The notes under the pieces are model-generated. The model made no database searches. It was given only the letters and a program-made list of their open reading frames with translations, and had not been told where the DNA came from. DNA of 64,000 nucleotides. Source: an uncultured Pelagibacteraceae bacterium (GTDB lineage Bacteria > Pseudomonadota > Alphaproteobacteria > Pelagibacterales > Pelagibacteraceae). The translations under genes and the position numbers were made by a program. Of this stretch, positions 46,964-54,232 are shown piece by piece. Each line of letters begins with the position of its first letter. The stretch's first letter is position 1. The DNA is taken from positions 61,059 through 125,058 of the forward strand of contig CACHTQ010000001.1 in assembly GCA_902582845.1 (NCBI GenBank), read 5' to 3'.

Positions 46964-47794
46964 TTAATAAAAATAGCTTAAATTATTTCTAAAATTTTTT
47001 TTACTAAAGTTATATATTCTAGAAATTTTTTTTATATCAGCTATTAAAAAAGTAGGAGAATCTTTTTTTTTTGTTTTTTTTATTATCTTATTATTTTTTT
47101 TACATAATAAGTAAGCAATTTTCTCTAAATGAATGGGTTTACCAGTTGCAATATTGAACACGCCTTCGGATTTTTTTTTAAATAATTGATAAATAGTTTT
47201 TGTAATATGATTTGTGCTTGAAAAATCTCTGTAATGGTTAAGGTTTGAGAATTGAATTTTTTTTGATTTATTTTTTTTAATTTTATCAATTAAAGACGGA
47301 ACTATAAATGGTTTTTTTTGTTTTTTATCTGTAAAACTAAAAATTCTTCCAATACACAAAGAAATTTTTTTATTTCTTAATTTGTTTGTTAAATATCTTT
47401 CTGCAATAAGTTTAGTTTTACCATAGTAATTTTGAGGCTTAGCTTTTTCATTTTCTTGTGTCAATTTCATCTTTTTGTTTAATTTGTAAACATGAGATGA
47501 TGATGAATAAAAAAACCATTTTGGTTTATTTTTCTTTTTAAGTAAACTATTAACTAAATTTTTTGTTCCACCTACATTTACCTTATAAGCTCTTTTATTA
47601 TTCTTCTTTACCTCTTTTATGGCAACAATTGCCGCTAAATGAATAATTAAATCAAAATTATTTTTATTAACCCAGTTTTGCACTTCATTAAAATTAGTTA
47701 TATCTTTCTTAAATTGATGAAATTTAAAAGGTAAATTTTGAATAACTTTTTTACCTAAAGTTCCAGTAGATCCAGTTATTCCACATTTTAACAT
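46964..47794 (-). CDS. Extended SDR NDP-4-keto-sugar reductase/epimerase
   Basis: GITGSTGTLG, HLAA, SSSHVY, YGKTK (YxxxK), NLNHYRDF. Confidence 0.85.
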   Translation of the reverse strand: MLKCGITGSTGTLGKKVIQNLPFKFHQFKKDITNFNEVQNWVNKNNFDLIIHLAAIVAIKEVKKNNKRAYKVNVGGTKNLVNSLLKKKNKPKWFFYSSSSHVYKLNKKMKLTQENEKAKPQNYYGKTKLIAERYLTNKLRNKKISLCIGRIFSFTDKKQKKPFIVPSLIDKIKKNKSKKIQFSNLNHYRDFSSTNHITKTIYQLFKKKSEGVFNIATGKPIHLEKIAYLLCKKNNKIIKKTKKKDSPTFLIADIKKISRIYNFSKKNFRNNLSYFY

Positions 47795-48985
47795 TTAGAT
47801 ACTGTCAATTTTTAATAATAACTTTGATAACCTATTTATATTCTCTTTGCTTAATTTTTTTGTAGGTAGGCCTATAAAAAAACCTCTATCATCAATTTCT
47901 TGTGAATTTATAAGATTTCTAGATCTAATTTTTATCTTTAATAACTTTATAGCAGGTTGATTTGCAAAGTTTCCACTAATTATAGGTCTTGTTTCAACTT
48001 TATTTTTTTTTAAAAAATTTAAAAATTTTTTTTTTTTATAAATATATTTTTTTTTGACCAATAAAGGCAAACCAAACCAACTAGGTTTTAAGTTTTTTTG
48101 AGGTTCAAAAAAGTCAAATTGATTGTTCCAATTATCAAAACCTCTTAAATTTTTCAAAATCTTATTTCGATTATAAGACCTTATTTTCATCATTTTATCT
48201 AATCTTTTTAATTGACTGGTAGCAATAGCAGCAGATACTTCTAAAGGCCTTAAATTAAATCCTTGATTTATAAAATTAAACTTATTCATATTTCTTTTAT
48301 TAATTTCTCTATCCCATCCATGAGCTCTTAAAGATTTAAGTATTTTAAAATCTTTTTCAGATTTACATGCAATCATGCCTCCCTCTCCAGCAGTAATTTG
48401 ATGTGAGAAATAAAATGAAAAAGAACTAAAGTCTCCAAAAGTACCTAAATTTTTTTTTTTATATATTGATCCTAAAGACTCACAATTATCCTCAATTAAT
48501 AAAATTTTTTTTTTGTCAGCAAAACTTCTTATTTTATCTAGTTCAGCACAATTACCTAAAACATTTATAATCATAATTGCTTTAGTTTTTTTTGTAATAT
48601 TTTTTTTGATAGTACTTAGATCTAGAGAAAAGGTATTAATATTTACATCTAAAAGTTTTGGTTTTAATCCTGCTTGAATTATAGGCCACAATGATGTTGA
48701 CCAACATACGGCTGGAACTAAACATTCATCTCCTTTTTTAAGATGATTTTTTCTTAAAGGATTAACTGCACAAAATAAAGCAAGTAAATTAGCAGAGGAG
48801 CCTGAGTTTACCATTAGACAATATTTGGTTCCAATTTTTTTTGCAAAATATTTCTCAAAATATCTTGTCTTTTTTGACATGGTTAATTGACCACTTTTTA
48901 GAACTTTAATACCTGAATTTATATCCTCTCGGCTATAATCGTCAGGATGAAGTGGGTAACTAAATATTTTATTTTTATTTTTCAA
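47795..48985 (-). CDS. DegT-family PLP enzyme, ColD-like GDP-4-keto-6-deoxymannose 3-dehydratase
   Basis: MVNSGSSANLL, WSTSLWP, EDNCESLG, SFYFSHQITAGEGG (His at the usual Schiff-base Lys), LRAHGW, ETRPIISGNF; TTG start. Confidence 0.8.
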   Translation of the reverse strand: MKNKNKIFSYPLHPDDYSREDINSGIKVLKSGQLTMSKKTRYFEKYFAKKIGTKYCLMVNSGSSANLLALFCAVNPLRKNHLKKGDECLVPAVCWSTSLWPIIQAGLKPKLLDVNINTFSLDLSTIKKNITKKTKAIMIINVLGNCAELDKIRSFADKKKILLIEDNCESLGSIYKKKNLGTFGDFSSFSFYFSHQITAGEGGMIACKSEKDFKILKSLRAHGWDREINKRNMNKFNFINQGFNLRPLEVSAAIATSQLKRLDKMMKIRSYNRNKILKNLRGFDNWNNQFDFFEPQKNLKPSWFGLPLLVKKKYIYKKKKFLNFLKKNKVETRPIISGNFANQPAIKLLKIKIRSRNLINSQEIDDRGFFIGLPTKKLSKENINRLSKLLLKIDSI

Positions 48986-49071
48986 ATTAAAAAACTTTGT
49001 ATTTTTATTAATAATTATTTTTTAATTGAAATCTACAAACTTTTCACCTAAAACCCAACTTAATATCATGT

Positions 49072-49147
49072 GCCCTTGTAGCTCAGCTGGTAGAGCAATT
49101 GATTTGTAATCAATAGGTCCGCGGTTCGAATCCGTGCGGGGGCACCA
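49072..49147 (+). tRNA. tRNA-Thr (TGT)
   Basis: GCCCTTGTAGCTCAGCTGGTAGAGCAATTGATTTGTAATCAAT...GGTTCGAATCC...GGCACCA, 76 nt. Confidence 0.97.
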
Positions 49148-49918
49148 TTAAGAGGTTTCCCTTCTTAATTGCTCTAATTTAATCTTCTTCTGAAGGCTCC
49201 GATTTTGATCATATAAAAGATTAAATTTTATTTTTTGACTAGTTTTTATAGAAATATTTTTCGCGTTTCTAACTTCAATATTATCAGCAACAGAACTAAT
49301 TGGTCTTTTTTTTGAATTTAAATTTTTAATCACTATTTTTGCTTTATCACTAACAACTTTTCCTTTCCATCTTCTTGGTCTAAAAGGACTTATTGGTGAA
49401 ATAGAGAGTTTTTTTGAATTTAAACTTAATATTGGTCCATGAACAGACAAATTATAAGCAGTACTTCCAGCTGGAGTTGATACTAAAACGCCGTCAGAAA
49501 CTAATTCTTTAATAATTTGTTTTGAACCATGATTGATTGATAATGATGCTGCTTGTCTACTTTGTCTCAAAATTGATACTTCATTAATAGCTATATATTT
49601 CTTTTTGATATTCTTATTATTTTTAACAGTCATTTCTAAAGGTGAAATAGAAACTGTTTTTGATTTGGTAAAGTTGTTTATAAAATTTTTTGAAGAAAAT
49701 TTATTCATTAAAAAACCATAATTACCTGAATTGACGCCATAAAATAACTTTTTTGATCTTTTATTTTTTTTTAAAGTTTGTAGCATAAATCCATCTCCGC
49801 CAATAACGATTATAACGTTTGTTTTTTTTGGTTTAGACTTTTTAATTATATTAAGTAAAGACTTCTTAATTTTTAATGATCTTAAGTTTTTATCAGAAAT
49901 AATTTGTATTTTATTCAT
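49148..49918 (-). CDS. nadK: NAD kinase
   Basis: GGDGFML, GNYGFLMN, AINEV, DGVLVSTPAGSTAYNLS.HGP. Confidence 0.95.
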   Translation of the reverse strand: MNKIQIISDKNLRSLKIKKSLLNIIKKSKPKKTNVIIVIGGDGFMLQTLKKNKRSKKLFYGVNSGNYGFLMNKFSSKNFINNFTKSKTVSISPLEMTVKNNKNIKKKYIAINEVSILRQSRQAASLSINHGSKQIIKELVSDGVLVSTPAGSTAYNLSVHGPILSLNSKKLSISPISPFRPRRWKGKVVSDKAKIVIKNLNSKKRPISSVADNIEVRNAKNISIKTSQKIKFNLLYDQNRSLQKKIKLEQLRRETS

Positions 49919-49922
49919 TTAA

Positions 49923-50008
49923 TGGTGCCCTCGGCCAGACTCGAACTGGCACTCCGCAAGCGGCAAGGATTTTAAGTCCTTTGTGTCTACCAATTTCACC
50001 ACGAGGGC
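49923..50008 (-). tRNA. tRNA-Leu (TAA)
   Basis: GCCCTCGTGGTGAAATTGGTAGACACAAAGGACTTAAAATCCTT...GTTCGAGTC...GAGGGCACCA, 86 nt with variable arm. Confidence 0.97.
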
Positions 50009-50080
50009 ATGAGTTATTTTCATGAGTGTTTATGCTAATATTTATAATTGAACAAGATGAATAAGTAAATTTTTTTTATT
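49970..50080. repeat. Direct repeat copy 1 (tRNA-Leu 5' half from anticodon loop plus upstream promoter region)
   Basis: Aligns ungapped to 52933-53043: first 41 bp identical, 8 mismatches in the remaining 70 bp. Confidence 0.95.
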
Positions 50081-50081
50081 T

Positions 50082-50132
50082 TATCTCTTTATGCTCTGGT
50101 CTTGCTCTGGTTATCCTATAAAATCCTACAAA
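50082..50132. repeat. att-arm-like motifs, left inner end
   Basis: TGCTCTGGT twice (11-bp period) then ATCCTA(T/C)AAA twice; counterparts at 52777-52807 (direct) and 52868-52881 (inverted). Confidence 0.7.
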
Positions 50133-50139
50133 AAATTTA

Positions 50140-50526
50140 TTAATTATATATTTGTCTTTTTTTTTTTCTTTTTCTTGTAGCTCTTTTTAGTGAATCTGGA
50201 CCAAATCTATTTTTACCTTTTGTACCCTCTGGTATTAAAAAGAATAAAAGAACTAATCCACCAATGAATGGAATAAAGCTTATTAATAAAAAAAACCCCG
50301 ATCTATTTGTGTCATGCAATCTTCTTACACCAACAGAAATTGCAGGAATTAATGTAAATAAAGTTATTCCAAGAAAAAAATAACCAATTTCATTTTCTAT
50401 AATTGTAGAAATAAAATATGAGGGTGAAACGATTAATTGAAACCACCAATATTCTGATCTACTAGCTCTACCTTGAAAGACAAAATACTTTTTTAAACAT
50501 GTAGATACAGACTCACTAAAAGTCAT
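50140..50526 (-). CDS. DUF805 (YhaH-like) inner membrane protein
   Basis: KKYFVFQGRASRSEYWWF, VRRLHDTNRSG, IPFIG, GKNRFGPD. Confidence 0.92.
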   Translation of the reverse strand: MTFSESVSTCLKKYFVFQGRASRSEYWWFQLIVSPSYFISTIIENEIGYFFLGITLFTLIPAISVGVRRLHDTNRSGFFLLISFIPFIGGLVLLFFLIPEGTKGKNRFGPDSLKRATRKRKKKRQIYN

Positions 50527-50529
50527 CTT

Positions 50530-52059
50530 TTACCTTACCATTGCCCAACTCAAAGCGTCAATTGTATTTTCAGGTACATTGCTAACACTTATAATAATTA
50601 TAATTAAAACAAACATTAAATAAGAAAAAATCCCATATCTTTTACTATATTCATCAATTTTTGAATTTAAGAGTCTTTGTTTGGAATTTAATCCTAGCTG
50701 ATAACTAATTATAGCTAAAATATTTGGAGCAGCTGCATATAAATAGGATAATAAAATAATCCAATCCATTATAGTTAGATAGTTTAGTTTTGGTATTTCA
50801 TTATCAATAACAAAATTATATGCTATTAAAGATAATAGACACACAATCGTAATAGTCAATTTTGACTCAACTTCCTTTCTATTTAGCCAAACAGATGACC
50901 AACAAATAAATAATATTAAGATTATTGGTAATATTATTTTGAAAATATAATAAAAATACTCTCTTTCAATATGAATCTCATACTCCAGCTTTGAAAATAT
51001 AACATCCCTTAAAATTAAATTAGAATTGTTCAATTTTATATTTTTAAGATCCCATCCTGGAATAGAAATTTTATTTTTTGAATAATCAATCAATCTATAT
51101 GCAGAGTCATTATAGTCTAAAATTGATTCTTCAATATCTTCACCAATAATTGAAATTTTAATTATCTGTTTATCAAATGGAAAAGATGACAAATTAAAAT
51201 CATTTTTAATCTCCCAAGTGCCGACAGAATTTCCAGTAAATTTTATCAGTTTATCTTCACCATCTTTATGAGGGGAAATATCAACAAGCTCCTCAGTTAA
51301 ATTTTTATTTTCCTCAATTAAATTTTCAAATCCTATAATTTCTATCGGATTTGGAATTCTATTTTCTTTTGAATAATCATAGTTTAAACCTATACATGGT
51401 GTCCCCGCGTATGTGCCATCATCTTGAAGTGGCATTATCGTTTTTTTTGCTAAATCTATGATTTGTGGATAGGTAGACTCATAATAGGATAGATCACTAC
51501 CTATATATGCAGAAAAAGTTACAGAGGAATTGATTACATCAATTTCTTTAATACTCTCTAATGAGAAATCTACTCCATACCACGCTATTTCATATTTTTG
51601 AGGTTTAATTTTAAATTTAATTTCTTTATTGTCACGTAACAAAATAATCTGACTTTCTTTATTAATATCTGGAAAATAAACAATATCAAAAATTTCTTTA
51701 TCACTCATTTTACTCAGATCGACATCATCTACTGAAATCAAAATATCACCCTTTCTAAACAAATCGTAAGATTTATATGTCCATACATTTGCAATAACTG
51801 GATAATTATTACTTCTTCGAATTTTTGATGTTAAATCTTCTGAATATAAGCTTATATCCTTATCTGGAGGGTCCATATTAAATGAAAAGCCGAAATCCTT
51901 AAAGATATCAAGAGGTGTTTGCACACTAAGCTTATCAAATTTCAAATTTTTATATTGATCTACAAAATCATAGCATTGAAAAGGTATAGAAGCATTAATT
52001 CTAACAATTGATAATAAAATAAGGATAACACAATAAATAAAAAAATTTATGATTTTCAT
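50530..52059 (-). CDS. Pentameric ligand-gated ion channel (GLIC/ELIC superfamily) with N-terminal PDZ-like domain
   Basis: Signal peptide; PDZ-like KGDILISVDD...ILLRDNKEI; Pro-loop FNLSSFPFDKQ; IPGW; IER-YYIFKIILP (M1); M2 ESKLTITIVCLLSLIAYNF; IPKLNYLTIMD; M3 and M4. Confidence 0.88.
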   Translation of the reverse strand: MKIINFFIYCVILILLSIVRINASIPFQCYDFVDQYKNLKFDKLSVQTPLDIFKDFGFSFNMDPPDKDISLYSEDLTSKIRRSNNYPVIANVWTYKSYDLFRKGDILISVDDVDLSKMSDKEIFDIVYFPDINKESQIILLRDNKEIKFKIKPQKYEIAWYGVDFSLESIKEIDVINSSVTFSAYIGSDLSYYESTYPQIIDLAKKTIMPLQDDGTYAGTPCIGLNYDYSKENRIPNPIEIIGFENLIEENKNLTEELVDISPHKDGEDKLIKFTGNSVGTWEIKNDFNLSSFPFDKQIIKISIIGEDIEESILDYNDSAYRLIDYSKNKISIPGWDLKNIKLNNSNLILRDVIFSKLEYEIHIEREYFYYIFKIILPIILILFICWSSVWLNRKEVESKLTITIVCLLSLIAYNFVIDNEIPKLNYLTIMDWIILLSYLYAAAPNILAIISYQLGLNSKQRLLNSKIDEYSKRYGIFSYLMFVLIIIIISVSNVPENTIDALSWAMVR

Positions 52060-52757
52060 ATCTTTTTAATTTCATTTTCTTTTTTTTTTAATTTTTGTTT
52101 CTTCTTAAGCTCGCTATGTAAGTAAAAAGAAACAATAACTAAAATTCCAATAATTATCATTGGATTTGGCCATACTAAGAAATTATAAAAACCATGAAAT
52201 AAGTATGGTAAGGCTAGTGATAATATTAAAAATTTTTTATTGCCTGTAAAAGCATACATCCCAAAATAATAACCCATAACCGCACCATTTAGGCCGTGCA
52301 TAGGTATAGCTGAATAAGATCTTCCCAATGCTATTAAATATGACAACTCAGCATAATCAACATTCTCTTCTTTTGCTATTACTTCTGCCCATTCATATAC
52401 ATAAGTATAATTTTCATATGTCGCAAAACCTAATGAAACAACAACTCCATAAACTAAGCCGTCCATAGGTTCGTTAAATTCATTTCTTTTCAAAACTATT
52501 AAATACAGAATTGAAAATTTTAATAATTCTTCTGCCCATGCAGGACCTAAAAAACTACTAGTAAGATTTTCTGAATATTTTGATCCGTCATAAAAAAAAT
52601 CATGACTTAAACCATTTAAAATTCCCGCGGGTAAACATATTAAAAACCCAAGAAAAAAAATTAATACTATTGTTCCTTTAGGTTCCTTAAACCTATCTGA
52701 TAATGTAAAATATAGTAATAAAACTATTGGTGGAATAAAGGTTAATAAAATTGTCAT
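52056..52757 (-). CDS. PrsW-family intramembrane protease
   Basis: DRFKEP, AEELLKF, GFATYEN, AIPMH, LFHGFYN; multiple TM helices. Confidence 0.92.
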   Translation of the reverse strand: MTILLTFIPPIVLLLYFTLSDRFKEPKGTIVLIFFLGFLICLPAGILNGLSHDFFYDGSKYSENLTSSFLGPAWAEELLKFSILYLIVLKRNEFNEPMDGLVYGVVVSLGFATYENYTYVYEWAEVIAKEENVDYAELSYLIALGRSYSAIPMHGLNGAVMGYYFGMYAFTGNKKFLILSLALPYLFHGFYNFLVWPNPMIIIGILVIVSFYLHSELKKKQKLKKKENEIKKI

Positions 52758-52776
52758 TATAGCCTTGTAATAATAC

Positions 52777-52910
52777 TATCTCTCCATGCTCTTGTCTTGC
52801 TCTTGTTTGAGCAAATTAATTGAGCTTTATTTTCTAATCGTAATTGAAAGCTAAATTAAAATTATATGATTTTATAGGATATTTAGACTACCTTGGACTA
52901 ATATGAACTA
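52777..52910. repeat. att-arm-like motifs, right inner end
   Basis: TGCTCTTGT twice (52787-52806); GATTTTATAGGATA (52868-52881, inverted copy of 50112-50125); AGACTA/GGACTA/GAACTA at 10-bp period (52885-52910). Confidence 0.65.
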
Positions 52911-52932
52911 ACTCGTCTGTGAATCCCTCGTC

Positions 52933-53043
52933 TTTTAAGTCCTTTGTGTCTACCAATTTCACCACGAGGGCATAAATGAATTTCATGAGTATTTATTATA
53001 ATATTTATAATTGAACAAGCTGAATAAGTAAATTTTTTTTATT
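52933..53043. repeat. Direct repeat copy 2: displaced tRNA-Leu 5' fragment (52933-52971) plus promoter region
   Basis: ttttaagtcctttgtgtctaccaatttcaccacgagggcat identical to 49970-50010; no variable arm, T arm or 3' acceptor strand. Confidence 0.95.
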
Positions 53044-54232
53044 CTTTAACACTACCTGCGGTTAAACCACTGACTAAGTATTTTTCAAAATATATGAAAA
53101 TAAAAAGAACAGGTAAAGTAACTATCACAGAACCTGCCATTAAATATTGGCGAGGTGTTTCTGCATCTCCACTTAAATATTGGATAGCTCTAGATAAAGT
53201 AAATGATTTAGGACTGTCTAAAAACATCAATGAAAAAAGGAATTCATTCCAAGCTATCATAAAAACATAAAGTGCAACGGATGCGATAGCTGGTAAACTT
53301 AAAGGAATAATAATCTTTAAAATTATACCAAACCAATTCTGACCATCCATAATACCTGCATCTTCAATTTCTTTTGGAATGCTTTTGAAATATCCTTGCA
53401 ACATATAAATAGCAACTGGCAAGGTTGTAGCTGTGTAAACAATCAATAGACCAAAGATTGAATTTCTTAAGCCAAGCTGACTAAACACAGTATATAAAGG
53501 GATCACTAAAACTATAGCTGGAAACATATAGATAATTAAAATTGATGTTGATAAAAAGTTTTTGCCAAAGAAATTTAATCTTGCAACAGCGTAAGCTGCA
53601 GGGATTGCAAATAATAATGTGACAATAACAGTTCCAATTGAAACAGCTGAGCTTATTAAGATGTATCTGCCAAAATTATAAGTTTCAAAGATTACAAAAT
53701 AAGATTTAAACAACTCAGCTAAGCTTTTTGTAATATCTAAACTAAAATCTAAAGGATTTACCAATAAAGCGATCTGTGTTTTAAAACTAGTAACCAGCAT
53801 AATGTAAAATGGAAATAAAATTACAAATGCAAAGAAAACAATGCCAAAAAAGGTGATAAAATCAAAAATAACTTTTTCAGAAATGAAATCTTCCTTTAAA
53901 GATTGCATACTATATTTTTTGAGTTTGTTCGTAAAAAGTAAAGAGATTAAGAAAACTCCAAATATATACCAGTATGGAGAGGCCTCATTAGAGTAAAAAT
54001 ATAAAATCGAAAATATAAAAGATAATAAAAAAATCTTAATTAAGTGATTAATTTTATTACCAATCAAGACAAATGCTAAAGATAACAAGATACCAATTAA
54101 GAAAATAGTTGTGATGTTTAAATTATTAAAACTTAAACCTTGTAGTGTAGCCATGATCTTCCAAATTGACAAAATACATGTCAGAAAAAAAGACGATATG
54201 ATTAAAAATATTGCAAGAGATTTAAACTTCAT
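53039..54232 (-). CDS. Carbohydrate ABC transporter permease (MalG-like) with extra N-terminal TM segments
   Basis: AAYAVARL, EAA loop IPKEIEDAGIMDG, AWNEFLF; ATG at 54232. Confidence 0.92.
   Translation of the reverse strand: MKFKSLAIFLIISSFFLTCILSIWKIMATLQGLSFNNLNITTIFLIGILLSLAFVLIGNKINHLIKIFLLSFIFSILYFYSNEASPYWYIFGVFLISLLFTNKLKKYSMQSLKEDFISEKVIFDFITFFGIVFFAFVILFPFYIMLVTSFKTQIALLVNPLDFSLDITKSLAELFKSYFVIFETYNFGRYILISSAVSIGTVIVTLLFAIPAAYAVARLNFFGKNFLSTSILIIYMFPAIVLVIPLYTVFSQLGLRNSIFGLLIVYTATTLPVAIYMLQGYFKSIPKEIEDAGIMDGQNWFGIILKIIIPLSLPAIASVALYVFMIAWNEFLFSLMFLDSPKSFTLSRAIQYLSGDAETPRQYLMAGSVIVTLPVLFIFIYFEKYLVSGLTAGSVKE

Larger units (their letters stand above)
49970..52973. mobile_element. Integrase-less genomic islet integrated at tRNA-Leu(TAA)
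   Basis: Flanked by direct repeats whose identity begins exactly at the 7-nt anticodon loop; shared arm-like motifs at both inner ends; three cargo genes; no integrase ORF. Confidence 0.8.

Noticed and set aside
45122-48985. Homopolymer A/T tracts as phase-variation switches
   Set aside because: All four ORFs are intact and poly-A runs reflect Lys-rich coding seen across the window; no frameshift evidence
50011-52932. Prophage or autonomous integrative element
   Set aside because: No integrase, excisionase, replication or structural gene; the three ORFs and short att arms fill the interval
52933-52971. Possible second tRNA-Leu gene
   Set aside because: Only the 5' acceptor strand, D arm and anticodon 5' stem/loop are present; treated as an att remnant
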